DNA of 64,000 nt from Obrimoposthia wandeli (taxonomy: Eukaryota). This document shows, piece after piece, positions 32,680-44,922 of this stretch. The stretch is taken from positions 124,001 through 188,000 of the forward strand of contig CDROCS010003840.1 of the NCBI GenBank assembly GCA_977020255.1, given 5' to 3'. Position 1 is the first letter of the stretch, and every line of letters begins with the position of its first letter. The position numbers and the translations under genes were made by a program. The notes below the pieces were generated by a model. The model had not been told where the DNA came from, searched no databases, and worked only from the letters and a program-made list of their open reading frames with translations.

Positions 32680-33816
32680 ATGTTTGAATATGAGGTATTG
32701 CGATTCATCTGGTGGCTATTAATTGGTGTGCTTTGCATCGGTTTCGCGGTTACAGATGGTTTCGATATGGGTGTAGGTATCTTGTCTAACGTTATTGGTA
32801 AGACAGATACAGAACGCCGAATAATGATTAACTCAATTGCACCGCATTGGGATGGTAACCAAGTTTGGCTTATCACTGCGGGTGGTGCTTTATTTGCGGC
32901 TTGGCCTCTTGTTTACGCAACAGCGTTTTCTGGTTTTTACTTCGCAATGGTACTAACACTGGCGGCTTTATGGCTACGTCCGTTAGGCTTTGATTACCGT
33001 TCTAAGATTGAATCGCCAAAATGGCGTAATACTTGGGACCGTGCAATTTTCGTTGGTAGCTTTGTGCCACCAGTGATCTTTGGTGTGGCTTTCGGTAACT
33101 TGCTGCAAGGTGTTCCCTTTGTCTTGAGTGAATTTATGGTTCCGTCATACAAGGGTACATTCTTAGGCTTGTTAAACCCGTTTGCACTACTGTGCGGTAT
33201 TGTTAGCTTGATGATGATTGTGACTCAAGGCGCAACCTACCTACAGATGAAAACAACAGATGCTTTGCATGATCGCTCTCGTAACGTTGCCTCTATTACT
33301 GCTGTTATTACAGCGGTATGTTTTGCAGCTGCTGGCGTATGGGCTCAAAGCATTGACGGTTACGTTATTACTTCTGAAATTATAAAAAATGGTCCATCAA
33401 ATCCATTAACGAAAGAAGTGATTCGTGAAACTGGTGCATTGTTTGCAAACTTTGATGCTTACCCATTACTATGGATTGCACCAATTCTTGCGGTTGTTAT
33501 GCCACTGCTAACGGTTGTCGCTTCTCGTGCTAATCGTGCAGGTTTTGCATTTTTAACATCAAGCTTAACCATGGCAGGTGTAATCCTGACATTTGGTTTC
33601 GCATTGTTCCCGTTCATCATGCCTTCAAGCCTAGTACCATCGAATAGTTTGACAGTGTGGGACTCAACATCAAGTGAACTTACGCTAAACATTATGACTG
33701 GCGTAGCATTTGTTATGGTGCCAATTATTCTTGCTTACACTTCATGGTGTTACTACAAAATGTTTGGCCGTCTTGATAGTAAGTTTATCGAAGACAACAA
33801 AACTTCACTGTATTAA
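32680..33816 (+). CDS. cydB: Cytochrome bd-I oxidase subunit II
   Basis: DGFDMGVG and PHWDGNQVWLI motifs. Confidence 0.97.
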   Translation: MFEYEVLRFIWWLLIGVLCIGFAVTDGFDMGVGILSNVIGKTDTERRIMINSIAPHWDGNQVWLITAGGALFAAWPLVYATAFSGFYFAMVLTLAALWLRPLGFDYRSKIESPKWRNTWDRAIFVGSFVPPVIFGVAFGNLLQGVPFVLSEFMVPSYKGTFLGLLNPFALLCGIVSLMMIVTQGATYLQMKTTDALHDRSRNVASITAVITAVCFAAAGVWAQSIDGYVITSEIIKNGPSNPLTKEVIRETGALFANFDAYPLLWIAPILAVVMPLLTVVASRANRAGFAFLTSSLTMAGVILTFGFALFPFIMPSSLVPSNSLTVWDSTSSELTLNIMTGVAFVMVPIILAYTSWCYYKMFGRLDSKFIEDNKTSLY

Positions 33817-33827
33817 GGAGACACACT

Positions 33828-33935
33828 ATGTGGTATTTCGCTTGGATTCTTGGTGTTCTGCTAGCCTGCTCATTCGGTATCATCAACGCTTTATGGCTTG
33901 AAACAACTGAAGATATGGATAACAAAGGTGAGTAG
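33828..33935 (+). CDS. cydX: Cytochrome bd small subunit CydX (35 aa; not in ORF track)
   Basis: MWYFAWILGVLLACSFGIINALWLE translated by hand; AGGAG RBS. Confidence 0.95.
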   Translation: MWYFAWILGVLLACSFGIINALWLETTEDMDNKGE

Positions 33936-34233
33936 CCTCAGCTTATGGGTCACACAGGCTCATCAGTTATTTGATAATGCACTATTACGTGCATTATCCT
34001 TTCTGCTGGCGCTTGCATCTGCAGGGTTGGTAGTGTGGGAGCCTATTCATTTTGCACAGGCTATTGGTGGTTTTGACCTCATCAAATCGCCAACATTGAT
34101 ATGGGCAACCTGCTCTGCAATGATCTATGGGGTGGGCTTTGTACCGCGCCATTGGTATTGGCAAGTTGTGTTTACTCCATTTATCGCCTTGCCCATCTTG
34201 AGCTATATTATGTGGCTGCGTTTTAGTTACTAA
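33928..34233 (+). CDS. ybgE: cyd operon protein YbgE
   Basis: LRALSFLLAL, IWATCSAMIYGVGF and PRHWYWQ motifs. GTG start overlaps the end of cydX. Confidence 0.85.
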   Translation: MSSLSLWVTQAHQLFDNALLRALSFLLALASAGLVVWEPIHFAQAIGGFDLIKSPTLIWATCSAMIYGVGFVPRHWYWQVVFTPFIALPILSYIMWLRFSY

Positions 34234-34483
34234 ACAGAGTTACATTTAGATACACAATAGACAGCCTATTACTAATTGAGTAATAGGCTGTTTTTTTTAC
34301 GTAAAATATGCTTCTCTAGCAAAGAAACGCTGTACAATACTGCTCTTGTTAGAAATGTCATGCGTTGATGCTGAAGTTGCTTTCGGGATATTTCATAAAG
34401 CTGATGAAGTTAGGTATAGTAGGCAAATTAAGCCTTTAAAGTCATTATTAGGCACTTAGTTCCATCACTCTTGTGGATTAGAC

Positions 34484-34891
34484 ATGGCAGAAAAAAACAT
34501 ATTTAAATGGCCAATCACTATTTATTATGAAGATACTGATGTAGGAGGCTTGGTTTACCATGCTAACTACTTAAAGTTTTTTGAACGTGCAAGAACGGAA
34601 CTATTAAGAAGTATCGGGGTTAGTCAACAAGAGCTATTTAAAAATAAGGCGAGTTTTGTTATTCGTCATATTGATATGGATTATTTAAAAGGCGCGCGTT
34701 TAGATGAGCAACTTATCGTACAAACACGTGTTGAAACCGTAAAAAAAGCGTCAATCATATTTTGTCAGGATTTAGTTAACAATGCAGGTCATACCTTGTG
34801 TAAAGCTACTGTTAAGGTAGCCTGTGTCAATCCTGAAACCATGAAACCAACTGCAATTCCTCAATTTATTATGTCGGAGATTTCTAAGTGA
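34484..34891 (+). CDS. ybgC: tol-pal-associated acyl-CoA thioesterase
   Basis: [26 protein letters not shown] motif. Confidence 0.93.
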   Translation: MAEKNIFKWPITIYYEDTDVGGLVYHANYLKFFERARTELLRSIGVSQQELFKNKASFVIRHIDMDYLKGARLDEQLIVQTRVETVKKASIIFCQDLVNNAGHTLCKATVKVACVNPETMKPTAIPQFIMSEISK

Positions 34892-35574
34892 GTGCTGAAC
34901 TGTCAATTCTGGATCTTTTTCTACAGGCTAGCCTGTTAGTTAAGATCGTAATGCTAATCTTGCTTGGTATGTCAGTTGCTTCTTGGGCAATGATCATTAA
35001 ACGTTCGCAGATATTGTCTAATGCAGCGTCAAAGGCTGAGCGTTTTGAAGACCGTTTTTGGTCTGGCGTCGATCTGTCACAACTGTATAAAGAAGTTGAA
35101 GCGCGTAAAGATGATCTGATGGGATCTGAGCAAATTTTTTACAACGGATTTAAAGAGTATGCCCGTTTACATCGCAGTAATGGTCAAGTGCCAGATGCTG
35201 TAATGGAAGGTGCTTCGCGAGCAATGCGCGTATCGCTTTTACGTGAGGTTGATGAACTAGAAACCAGCTTACCTTTTCTTGCAACCGTGGGTTCAATTAG
35301 CCCTTATATCGGCTTGTTCGGTACTGTTTGGGGGATTATGCACGCATTTATTGCACTTGGTGCAGTCAAACAAGCAACACTTGCCATGGTTGCGCCTGGT
35401 ATTGCAGAAGCACTAGTTGCAACAGCGATGGGTCTTTTTGCTGCGATTCCGGCGGTTATGTTTTATAACAAACTGACGAACCAAGTGTCCAAGCTTGAGC
35501 ATACCTATGCGACTTTTATGGAAGAGTTTTCAAGTATTCTTCACCGCCAGGCATTTGCCGCTAATCAGGAGTAA
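34888..35574 (+). CDS. tolQ: TolQ
   Basis: [14 protein letters not shown] and [14 protein letters not shown] motifs. Confidence 0.97.
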   Translation: MSAELSILDLFLQASLLVKIVMLILLGMSVASWAMIIKRSQILSNAASKAERFEDRFWSGVDLSQLYKEVEARKDDLMGSEQIFYNGFKEYARLHRSNGQVPDAVMEGASRAMRVSLLREVDELETSLPFLATVGSISPYIGLFGTVWGIMHAFIALGAVKQATLAMVAPGIAEALVATAMGLFAAIPAVMFYNKLTNQVSKLEHTYATFMEEFSSILHRQAFAANQE

Positions 35575-35580
35575 TAAGCA

Positions 35581-36024
35581 ATGGCTTATCAACCTAAAAA
35601 GCGAAAATTGACGGCCGAAATCAATGTCGTACCTTATATCGATGTGATGTTGGTACTCTTGATTATTTTCATGGTTACCGCGCCTTTTGTTACACAAGGG
35701 GTCGATGTTGAATTGCCTTCTACTCAAACCGCGAAAACCGTCGCTGATTTATCGAGTGATAGTTCAGGTGCGCCAATTATTGTTGAAGTAGATCAAAACG
35801 GTAATTTAGGTCTAAGTGTTGATAACGGTGACATGCTTCGCGGGTTAGCGCTTAATGATTTATTGACCCGAGTGAAAGCAGAATTGCAACTTAGCCCTAA
35901 ATCATTAGTGATGGTTGGCGGTGATGGACGAGTGCCATACTCTTTCATTATCGAAACCCTTGATGCGTTAAGTCAAGCTGGGGTGGGTTCTGTTGGTTTA
36001 ATGACTGAACCCTTAGATCAATAG
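35581..36024 (+). CDS. tolR: TolR
   Basis: EINVVPYIDVMLVLLIIFM motif. Confidence 0.96.
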   Translation: MAYQPKKRKLTAEINVVPYIDVMLVLLIIFMVTAPFVTQGVDVELPSTQTAKTVADLSSDSSGAPIIVEVDQNGNLGLSVDNGDMLRGLALNDLLTRVKAELQLSPKSLVMVGGDGRVPYSFIIETLDALSQAGVGSVGLMTEPLDQ

Positions 36025-36036
36025 GTAGGTAGTAGG

Positions 36037-37083
36037 ATGAAAAATAATAATTACACTACTGCCGTTATCATATCGTTACTTTTTCATGTTCTATTGTTTA
36101 CGGGATTGCTTTGGGGAACGGATTTCTCTATGGACAAGCCCAAACCTTCCGGCAATACGATTCAAGCTGTGGTTGTTGACCCTGCGCTAGTTAATCAACA
36201 AGCCAAACAGATTCGTCAGCAACGTGACGCTGCCAAAAAAGCGGAGCAAGACAGATTAAAGCGTCTTGAGCAGCAAGCTGCTTCATTGGAGCAGCAACGT
36301 AAAGCAGAGGAGCAACATTTAAGGCAGTTAAAATCCGATAAAATCAAAGCAGAAAAAGAAACACGTCGTGCAGAAGCAGAACGTAAGCGAGTGAATGCTG
36401 AAAAGCGAATAGTCGCGGAAGAAAAACGTAAAGCTGATGAAGCGACAAAAGTGGCTAAGCAACAAGCAGCGAAAGCGGAAGCGGATAGAAAACAGAAACA
36501 AGCAGCGGCACAACAAGCTGAACTAGTCAGGCAGCAAAAAGTCGAGCAACAGCGTAAAGCAGAAGAAGCAACACGCAAAGCAGAAGCCGATCGCAAAGCA
36601 GCAGAAGCAGAACGTAAAGCACAAGTGGCGGCGAAAGAAAAAGCCGAAGCCGCTGCGCGTAAAGCAGAAGTCGCACGAAAGGAAGCCGTTCGTAAAGCGG
36701 CTGAAGCAAAAGAGCTTCAGCGTCAGCAAGAAGCGGCTTTAAATGATATGTTTTCAGGTCTTGAAACAGAAACGGAGCAACGGGGCGGAGCGCGTGGGCA
36801 ATTTGTTGCTGATGAACTCTCTCGCTATAGTGCAATCTATACTCAGATGATCCAACAGAATTTGTTGGTAGATCAAAGCTTCTTTGGTAAAGAGTGTATT
36901 TTAACAATGCGCTTATCAGCCAATGGCTTGTTACTTAATGCATCAGAAGCGGGTGGAGACAATAGTCTCTGCCGTGCTGCGAAAGCTGCCGTTGTCAAAG
37001 TGAGTCAGTTCCCGATGCCAGATGATCCTCAGGTTGTCGAGAAACTTCGTAGTATTCGACTTACGGTAAGTCCACAGAAATGA
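36037..37083 (+). CDS. tolA: TolA
   Basis: N-terminal TM with S-X3-H, IQAVVVDP, Ala/Lys/Glu-rich helix and C-terminal domain. Confidence 0.93.
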   Translation: MKNNNYTTAVIISLLFHVLLFTGLLWGTDFSMDKPKPSGNTIQAVVVDPALVNQQAKQIRQQRDAAKKAEQDRLKRLEQQAASLEQQRKAEEQHLRQLKSDKIKAEKETRRAEAERKRVNAEKRIVAEEKRKADEATKVAKQQAAKAEADRKQKQAAAQQAELVRQQKVEQQRKAEEATRKAEADRKAAEAERKAQVAAKEKAEAAARKAEVARKEAVRKAAEAKELQRQQEAALNDMFSGLETETEQRGGARGQFVADELSRYSAIYTQMIQQNLLVDQSFFGKECILTMRLSANGLLLNASEAGGDNSLCRAAKAAVVKVSQFPMPDDPQVVEKLRSIRLTVSPQK

Positions 37084-37094
37084 AGGAGATATTG

Positions 37095-38441
37095 ATGAAA
37101 CGTTGGATGATGAGCTTATGTATTGCTCTGTTGAGTTTTAGTCAAATCGCACAAGCTGAGCTTGAATTAGTGATTACAGAAGGTGTCGACTCAGCTCGCC
37201 CAATCGGTGTAATACCGTTCACATGGGAGGGGGAAGGTAAGCTACCGACTGATATATCTTCAGTTATTGCCTCTGATTTACAGCGAAGTGGTAAGTTTAG
37301 CCCTGTGGCGATAAGTAAAATGCCACAAACCCCAGATAGCGAAGAGCAAATCGATTATAACGCTTGGACATCAATGGGTGTTGATGCGCTAGTGACGGGG
37401 AAAGTAACCAAGAATGCAGACGGTAATTACGTTGTTAATTATCAGTTAGTTGATGTTGTTCGCGGGCAGTTAACCAGCGGTGAAAGCCGTGGTTTAGCGA
37501 ATGGTGAATTAGTTTTAACCAAAGATCATTTGCTCATCAATAATCGTTCAGAAGTTAAAAAAACCGGTTTACGCCAATATGCTCATCGTATTTCTGATGT
37601 GGTTTATGAAAAGTTAACCGGCGAACAAGGTGCTTTTTTAACCCGTATTGCATATGTTGTGATTGATGATAAATCGAAACACCCTTATCAACTTCGTGTT
37701 GCTGATTACGATGGTTTTAACGAACGTCTTGTTTTGAAATCTCAGCAGCCAGTAATGTCACCAGCGTGGTCGCCTGATGGCAGTAAGCTAGCGTATGTTA
37801 GCTTTGAAAATAAGCAAGCACAGATTTATATCATGGATATCTACAAAGGTACTCGTGAACTGGTTACCTCATACCCACGTCATAACGGTTCTCCTCGTTT
37901 CTCGCCAGACGGTAAAAAGTTGGCGATTGTGCTGTCGAAAACCGGTAGCTTGCAAGTTTATATTAAAGATTTAGAGACGAAAAAATTAACACAAATCACA
38001 TCGGGTCGAGCGAATAATACAGAAGCCTTTTGGGATCCAGACGGTAAGTCTCTGATCTTTACGTCAGACAGAGGTGGTCAACCGCAGATTTATCGCGTAA
38101 ATTTAGCGGATAATTCGACTAAGCGTTTGACTTGGCAGGGAAGTCAGAACCTTGGTGGGCAGTTGACACCTGATGGGCGTTACTTAGTGATGGTGAACCG
38201 TTCTGATACGGGTTTCAATATTGCTAAACAAGATTTGAAAACCGGTGCGGTTCAAGTGTTAACCAAAACTTTTTTGGATGAATCACCAAGCATTGCACCG
38301 AATGGTGGAATGGTTATCTACAGTTCAGTAAATAATAAATCTAATGAACTGTCGTTAGTGTCGATTGATGGGCGATTTAAAGCTCGATTACCTACGACAA
38401 ATGGGCGAGTACGAGCACCTTCTTGGGGACCGTTCTTATAA
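37095..38441 (+). CDS. tolB: TolB
   Basis: Signal peptide, TRIAYV and beta-propeller SPAWSPDG repeats. Confidence 0.96.
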   Translation: MKRWMMSLCIALLSFSQIAQAELELVITEGVDSARPIGVIPFTWEGEGKLPTDISSVIASDLQRSGKFSPVAISKMPQTPDSEEQIDYNAWTSMGVDALVTGKVTKNADGNYVVNYQLVDVVRGQLTSGESRGLANGELVLTKDHLLINNRSEVKKTGLRQYAHRISDVVYEKLTGEQGAFLTRIAYVVIDDKSKHPYQLRVADYDGFNERLVLKSQQPVMSPAWSPDGSKLAYVSFENKQAQIYIMDIYKGTRELVTSYPRHNGSPRFSPDGKKLAIVLSKTGSLQVYIKDLETKKLTQITSGRANNTEAFWDPDGKSLIFTSDRGGQPQIYRVNLADNSTKRLTWQGSQNLGGQLTPDGRYLVMVNRSDTGFNIAKQDLKTGAVQVLTKTFLDESPSIAPNGGMVIYSSVNNKSNELSLVSIDGRFKARLPTTNGRVRAPSWGPFL

Positions 38442-38478
38442 CATTTAGCGTATTTTGCGATAATAAAGGAAATATAAA

Positions 38479-39003
38479 ATGCAACTTAACAAAATTTTAA
38501 AGGGTTTGGCAATTGCGCTGCCAATGATGACTCTTGCTGCTTGTAGCTCAACAGATAGTACTGATAGTTCAGCAGCATCAGAAACAACTGACGGTTCTAC
38601 TCAAACAGTAGTAACTACGCCAGTAGATGGTGGCTCAGCTGCACTTTCTGAGCAAGAGCTACGTAGTCAAGAGCTTCGTCAAGAGCAAACTGTTTACTTT
38701 AAGTTCGATACTTCAGAAATCCAAGCTGATTACCAAGCGATGCTAGAAGCACACGCAGAGTACTTGAGCAACAGTTCTGATGTTAAAGTGATTGTTGAAG
38801 GTCACGCCGATGAGCGTGGTACACCTGAATACAACATCGCTCTAGGTGAGCGTCGTGCAAACGCCGTTGCTCAATACCTACAAGCTCTAGGTGTATCTGC
38901 AAGCCAAATCTCAATCGTTAGCTACGGTGAAGAAAAGCCATTAGTGCTTGGTCACACTGACGCTGACTACGCTAAGAACCGTCGTGCGGTTCTAGTTTAC
39001 TAA
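38479..39003 (+). CDS. pal: Peptidoglycan-associated lipoprotein
   Basis: LAAC lipobox, [13 protein letters not shown] and KNRRAVLVY motifs. Confidence 0.97.
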   Translation: MQLNKILKGLAIALPMMTLAACSSTDSTDSSAASETTDGSTQTVVTTPVDGGSAALSEQELRSQELRQEQTVYFKFDTSEIQADYQAMLEAHAEYLSNSSDVKVIVEGHADERGTPEYNIALGERRANAVAQYLQALGVSASQISIVSYGEEKPLVLGHTDADYAKNRRAVLVY

Positions 39004-39020
39004 TAGACAGGTAAACGATT

Positions 39021-39770
39021 ATGAACAGTAACATTGTGCGAAATATCGCATTAGCGTTGCTGATTGGTGCGGCAACTCAAGTAGTTGCCGCTCCTGCTCC
39101 TGTTACTGAACTCAGTAAAAGCGGACAAGGCACCAGTCTTGAACGTTTGGAGCGGTTGCTTGAAGCTCGAAATCAGGTTCAGCTTGATATGCAGCGTCAA
39201 CTTAATCAGCTAGCCTCAGAAATGGATCAAATTCGTGGTTTAGTTGAACGTAATAGTTATGATTTAAGTCAGATGCTAGAACGTCAACGTGAACTTTATC
39301 GTGAAGTGGATACCTTAAGTCAACAGCCACAAAAAGCCGCAAAGCAAGATTCTGCTGATAAGCCTGCATCGGGTGAAAGTTACAGCAGTGATGTCAGTGA
39401 AAATAAAGCGTATGAAAAAGCAGTTAACTTAATCTTAAAAGAGAAAGATTATGCGGGTGCAGTGACTGCATTCAATGCCTTTTTAACAACCTACCCAGAA
39501 TCAACGTACAAGGCGAATGCGCATTATTGGCTTGGTCAGTTGTACTTCACTCAAAATCAATTAGCAGAAGCGGGTAAAGAATTCAAAGCTGTAATCAGTG
39601 ATGAAAAATCGAATAAACGCGCAGATGCATTATTGAAACTTGGTGTTATTGCTGAGCGTAGTAAAGATGTTGAATTGGCGAAAAAATATTACCAAGAAGT
39701 CATATCGACTTATCCTGATTCAACTAGCTCGCGGCAAGCCGAAGGTAGCCTGAAGCAGTTTGGTAACTGA
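39021..39770 (+). CDS. cpoB: CpoB (YbgF)
   Basis: Coiled coil plus TPR domain (NAHYWLGQLY); follows pal. Confidence 0.93.
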   Translation: MNSNIVRNIALALLIGAATQVVAAPAPVTELSKSGQGTSLERLERLLEARNQVQLDMQRQLNQLASEMDQIRGLVERNSYDLSQMLERQRELYREVDTLSQQPQKAAKQDSADKPASGESYSSDVSENKAYEKAVNLILKEKDYAGAVTAFNAFLTTYPESTYKANAHYWLGQLYFTQNQLAEAGKEFKAVISDEKSNKRADALLKLGVIAERSKDVELAKKYYQEVISTYPDSTSSRQAEGSLKQFGN

Positions 39771-39921
39771 TACCCCCCAGAAAACGAATATATAAGGTCT
39801 GCCTGATTAAGATGGGCCTTTTTATTCCTGTAAAACAATCAGCTATGCTAAAGCTAAAAATTCCTTTTTAGACCGTGTATAATGTCCGGATAGTAAGGAC
39901 TAGCTGATGAGCAAGTAAGTA

Positions 39922-40983
39922 ATGAGCCTAACATACGATCCGTCTAAAACGATTTACCCGTTTCCGCAAAAACCTGTTCCATTATCTGAACAAGAGAGAC
40001 TGACTCACGTCGAGAAAATCAAAGCGTTGTTGAAGGAAAAAGACGCGGTTTTGGTTGCTCACTATTATACCGACCCAGAAATTCAGGCCCTAGCTGAAGA
40101 AACGGGTGGTTTTGTTGGTGATTCTCTTGAAATGGCCCGTTTTGGTAATCAACATTCAGCTAAAACATTGATCATTTGTGGTGTTCGCTTTATGGGTGAA
40201 TCTGCAAAAATCTTAACGCCTGAAAAAAATGTTCTGATGCCAACCCTAGAAGCAGAATGTTCGCTTGATTTAGGTTGCCCTGCTGATAAATTCTCTGAAT
40301 TTTGCGATGCGCATCCAGACCATACTGTTGTTGTTTACGCTAACACATCAGCTGCCGTTAAAGCGCGTGCAGATTGGGTTGTTACATCAAGCATTGCCCT
40401 TGAAATTATTGAGCATTTAGACAGTGAAGGTAAAGACATTATTTGGGGGCCTGATCGCCATTTAGGTGCTTACATTCAAAAAAATACTGGAGCTGAAATG
40501 CTATTGTGGCAGGGCGAGTGTGTTGTACACGATGAGTTCTCAGCAAAAGCGCTTCGTGACATGAAAGCACTCTATCCTGATGCAGCGGTGCTTGTTCACC
40601 CTGAATCACCAGCAAGCGTTGTGGCGTTAGCTGACGCGGTAGGGTCAACTAGCCAGCTAATTAAAGCGGCAAAAGAGCTACCGAACACAAAATTAATTGT
40701 GGCAACCGACAAAGGCATTTTCTTTAAAATGCAACAAATGGTGCCAGAGAAAGAATTGGTTGAAGCCCCAACGGCGGGTGCGGGTGCAACCTGTCGTAGT
40801 TGTGCGCATTGTCCGTGGATGGCAATGAACGGTCTTAAAGCAATTGAAAGTGCATTAGTTGAAGGCGGAGAAAAGCATGAGATCTTCGTTGATGAAGCGT
40901 TACGCGTGAAGTCTTTAATTCCGCTTAACCGCATGCTCAACTTTGCTGCTGAATTACAATTGAAGGTGAAAGGCAACGCATAA
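39922..40983 (+). CDS. nadA: Quinolinate synthase
   Basis: VAHYY, CSLDLGC, YANTS and CAHCPWM motifs. Confidence 0.96.
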   Translation: MSLTYDPSKTIYPFPQKPVPLSEQERLTHVEKIKALLKEKDAVLVAHYYTDPEIQALAEETGGFVGDSLEMARFGNQHSAKTLIICGVRFMGESAKILTPEKNVLMPTLEAECSLDLGCPADKFSEFCDAHPDHTVVVYANTSAAVKARADWVVTSSIALEIIEHLDSEGKDIIWGPDRHLGAYIQKNTGAEMLLWQGECVVHDEFSAKALRDMKALYPDAAVLVHPESPASVVALADAVGSTSQLIKAAKELPNTKLIVATDKGIFFKMQQMVPEKELVEAPTAGAGATCRSCAHCPWMAMNGLKAIESALVEGGEKHEIFVDEALRVKSLIPLNRMLNFAAELQLKVKGNA

Positions 40984-41112
40984 TTGGGCGTTTCCTCAGT
41001 CTTTTAAGTGGCGACCATGTGGTCGCCATTTTTATGTGCTAGATTTAGTGCCGGTTAAATAACCATAATATTAATAGCTGTTATTTAAAATAAAGATAAG
41101 GAATGCTTTTCT

Positions 41113-41970
41113 ATGAGCCAGACAATGTTAACCATTGCATTACCACTCGCGTTAGCATGGATGATGTATTGTGTTGGCCTCACATTAACCTTTGCTGATT
41201 TTAAACGGGTTGCGACTTTTCCGAAAAAAATACTAGCAGGTTTAACCGCTCAATTAATCGGTTTACCATTACTCGCTTATGCATTGATTCATCTATTGGC
41301 GTTACCAGAACCTATTGCTGTTGGGTTATGGCTATTGGCGTTAGCACCAGGTGGGGCATCGTCTAATGCTATTACGCATTTGAGTGGCGGTGATACCGCG
41401 TTATCGATCAGTATGACTGCGGTTAGCAGCCTGATCATTCCAATCAGCTTGCCATTGATGTTGCCGTTAGTATTAAGCGATACTCAACTCGTTATGCCCG
41501 TTAAGATGGCAGTATTACAGCTAACGGCAGTAACGTTTGTACCCGTAATGATCGGTATGATCATGAAGCGATATATGAAGGCTCCATGGTTTTCTTCATT
41601 CATAATATTCGCTGGGCGTTCGTCTTTATGGGCATTATTTTTTACCGTTACCATTACGCTGGCAGCAAACACCAAAGTCTTTAATCAGCTGTTTTCTGTT
41701 GCGTCTATTGCTGCCATCATATTGTGTTTAAGTGGAATGATTCTTGGGGGCATTGTGGCTAAAGCCTTACGAGGCGATAAGACATTAGTCAAAACGTTAG
41801 CAATAGAAGTCGGTATTCAAAATGCAGGCACCGCTATCTTTGTGGCTGTTGTGCAACTACAAAGACCAGAGTTAGCACTAACGCCATTATTGTATGGGGT
41901 GCTTATGAACATTCCGGCGCTACTGATTATTCATCGAAGTAAGCGACAAGCCGTGCTGTCTAAGTCTTAG
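41113..41970 (+). CDS. Bile acid:sodium symporter family transporter
   Basis: APGGASSN, GGDTALSI and EVGIQN motifs. Confidence 0.85.
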   Translation: MSQTMLTIALPLALAWMMYCVGLTLTFADFKRVATFPKKILAGLTAQLIGLPLLAYALIHLLALPEPIAVGLWLLALAPGGASSNAITHLSGGDTALSISMTAVSSLIIPISLPLMLPLVLSDTQLVMPVKMAVLQLTAVTFVPVMIGMIMKRYMKAPWFSSFIIFAGRSSLWALFFTVTITLAANTKVFNQLFSVASIAAIILCLSGMILGGIVAKALRGDKTLVKTLAIEVGIQNAGTAIFVAVVQLQRPELALTPLLYGVLMNIPALLIIHRSKRQAVLSKS

Positions 41971-42088
41971 TGGTAATTGAAAGGCGTATAAGAAAAAGGT
42001 TGCCCGTTATTCGTCATAACATAAGCAACCTTTTTGCATTTCTGCGTAACAGCCTTGTGAGGCAATGCTTTAGATATAGTACGCGTTA

Positions 42089-42670
42089 TTAGTGAAGTGT
42101 CACTAATGCTTGTCCACGCTGTGTTAAGCCACATAACATGTTCGGTACTGCTGTAAAGATTTCTTCAAACTGTGCTAGTGCATCAGCGCCTTCTTCAGAT
42201 AATGCGACCATTGCATTTTCTGGATCGTATAGAAGTGTGATTGATAGCAATACGCCACCTAATAGGGCGTTATCTTCACTATGCTCTGGCATAATGTTTT
42301 CCCAATCGTCACGTGCTAGCTGCCAGCCCTGTAGCATGCCTTCGGCAAAATCACGTGTTTCTTCTGAAATGAGCTCAGCGTCATCAAGTGTACAGGTTTC
42401 AGGCCATTGCCATGTGCCTTCTAATAAGGACTCACGGCTCTCATTCCAGATATTAATAACCGCATTGGCATAAGCTTCAAGATCTTCGTGGCAGGTAAAG
42501 GGAGATGTTTCATCGCCACCCCATAGGTATGCCAACCATTCTGAAGGATCTAACAAATGCGGTGCAGCTGCCATTGCAGTCACAAAGCCATGAGTTTGCG
42601 CTTCAGTTAAAAGGTGGTTTGTTAGCTCTGGGTCTTGCAGTAATGCACCCAGTTGTGACTGTGAAGACAT
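42089..42670 (-). CDS. UPF0149 / YecA-family protein
   Basis: HGFVTAMAAAP...PSEWL...W, and FAEGMLQGW motifs. Confidence 0.8.
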   Translation of the reverse strand: MSSQSQLGALLQDPELTNHLLTEAQTHGFVTAMAAAPHLLDPSEWLAYLWGGDETSPFTCHEDLEAYANAVINIWNESRESLLEGTWQWPETCTLDDAELISEETRDFAEGMLQGWQLARDDWENIMPEHSEDNALLGGVLLSITLLYDPENAMVALSEEGADALAQFEEIFTAVPNMLCGLTQRGQALVTLH

Positions 42671-42947
42671 AGTTAATCTCGATTAATCGCTTGTATTGAT
42701 TACTACTTATTGACTTACTCGAATATATACAGAGTGAAAGGCAATAAATAATAAGTAATTATGGACGCTATTGTAGCAGCCTAGTTAAATATGGGCAGTA
42801 GCCTCAGCGTTATATTTTATGCGCCGTATTTTAATTTTGTAGAAAAGTGAACAATTATAAGACGTTTAGATGATTTTTGTTGACCGCTCCTTAGATGGTT
42901 ACTATAGTAGCGCTCCGTTGTGGTATTCATATCCAACGGCAATTTGT

Positions 42948-43035
42948 GGTGAGGTGTCCGAGTGGCTGAAGGAGCACGCCTGGAAAGTGTGTATACGGCA
43001 ACGTATCGAGGGTTCGAATCCCTCCCTCACCGCCA
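42948..43035 (+). tRNA. tRNA-Ser (GGA)
   Basis: 88 nt, anticodon loop CCTGGAAA, long variable arm, encoded CCA. TTGACC...TATAGT promoter upstream and terminator downstream. Confidence 0.97.
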
Positions 43036-43245
43036 TCCTTTAAAGAAGCCGTCCTCGTGACGGCTTTTTGCTATCTGCAATACTGTAAATAGCTTATCCC
43101 CCCTTTAACATCCCTTTTATTGGCGTGAACATTTGTTAACCACTCTGCAATTGTAACGAACATATATTGACCGACTGATTAGTCTATCTATTATTAATTA
43201 TGGATTGTTATTAAAGTGTTAACTCACAAGTCGTAAGGGGCAAGT

Positions 43246-44099
43246 ATGAGTCAGTTTGATTTCGATAATATAGTTGTGGGGTCGGGGTTTGGTGGCGCAG
43301 TAAGCGCATTACGTTTAACCGAAAAAGGATATCGTGTTCTAGTACTAGAAAAAGGAAAGCGGTATGAAGGCCAAGACTTTGCGAAATCTAACTGGCGAAT
43401 TAATAAATTTCTATGGATGCCGTGGCTTGGGTTACGGGGTCCGTTGCAAGTTGCGTTCACGCGTAAATTGTCTGTTGTGTATAGTGCTGGCGTTGGTGGC
43501 GGTTCACTGATTTACGGTAACACCCACCTTGTTCCAGACGACAAAGTGTTCAATTCTCCCCCTTGGTCTGATTTCATGATGATTGGCAGCGGCGCCTCAA
43601 GCCATACTATGCCTTAGCCCAGCGAATGATAGGGTTACAACAGAATGTATGGGAAGGCGAGGCAGATAAAACCTTAAAGTAAGTGGCTCAATACTTAGGG
43701 TGTGGTGATACTTATACGACAGTTTACTGTGGCTTGTTATACCCCGAAGATCATGATGTTTTTGGATCTGAACCCAACGAATCCACATTAGGCGCAGATC
43801 GTGGTGATCCTTATTTCAATGGCGAAGGCCCCAAACGCAAAAGCTGTAGTTATTGTGGAAATTGCATGGTGGGTTGTCGAAATAATGCAGGTATACAAGA
43901 TGGTAGTGCGGGTTATGTGATTACTGTTGAAGAGGGAATGGGGCTGATGGGGGGGGCACGGATAGGGAAAAGCGCTGATAATGCGGTTATTGATGATAGT
44001 GGTGAGGTATTCGCTCCGGCGCTGACTCGTAATCCATCAGCTTATCAAGGTGAGGGTGTGTTACATCAGCAGGCTGTGCAAGATAGCAATATGGACTGA
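43246..44099 (+). pseudogene. Cholesterol-oxidase-like GMC oxidoreductase pseudogene
   Basis: VVGSGFGG FAD motif; -1 frameshift at about 43570; in-frame TAA at about 43680; CGNCMVGCRNNA fused to a C-terminal MGGARIG...VIDDSGEVF, implying an internal deletion. Confidence 0.8.
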
Positions 44100-44922
44100 T
44101 CCCTTTCCACCTTTATTTCTAAGTAGTTAATGTCAATTATAAGCACCGTAATGGTGCTTTTTCTTTGTCTGATATTTGATATTAAGGCAGTTTGTATCGT
44201 GATTATTGGAAATGTGAATAACATGTAATTAACTTTCAGTTTGATATGGTTTGTTTTTTGATCTCTCTGGTTGTAAATCATGATTTATCGATAGGAATTG
44301 AGTGATTAATTCTGATTTTATACTTTAATTATAATGACGAATGTATGGCATTAAGTGTTAATTTCATATGCTTTGTAGCGATAGCATGTTTTGTGAGGTA
44401 TTTGTCTGGATAAATATAAGCATATACTGGTTAATTATCCGTTATCTTTTTATTTTTCAATGTTGGTTATTCATAAGTTTATTTTTCGTTTTTAGAGTTG
44501 ATTGTAACTACTTGTTATTAAATGATTTAATTTTATGACTTATTGTCTTTATTACTCGTGGGTTTTATTGCCATATTTTGTGGATAAATATCCATTACGG
44601 AATGATTGTAATAAGTATCGATTAATTATATGTGTTTACTGCCTTTTTAAAGTGCTTTTAATGCGACTTATAGTAGTTAAATGAAGATTGAATTTGGTGT
44701 TTTTTATCGATGTGGCACGTGAGTGGTGCGTGGGTAGTAAATTGTACCAAAAACGTGGTTAAAACTAGTGGTAAATTTACCAACATATAAAAAATTCAGC
44801 ATTTTATTTTAAAGAAAACCTGTTCTAATACGCAAATCAACTGGGTTAAGTGTTCAATCCAGTTTAAGTTTCTATTATTACCTATTTATCTGGTTTTATT
44901 TGCTATTGCTTGGGGGTTTAAG

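Noticed and set aside
36216-36907. Several minus-strand ORFs over tolA
   Set aside because: Antisense artefacts of the low-complexity TolA helix.
44100-44922. Hidden gene or RNA in the AT-rich gap before alaE
   Set aside because: Manual reading found no ORF with an RBS, no protein remnant and no convincing structure beyond a terminator at about 44140-44165.
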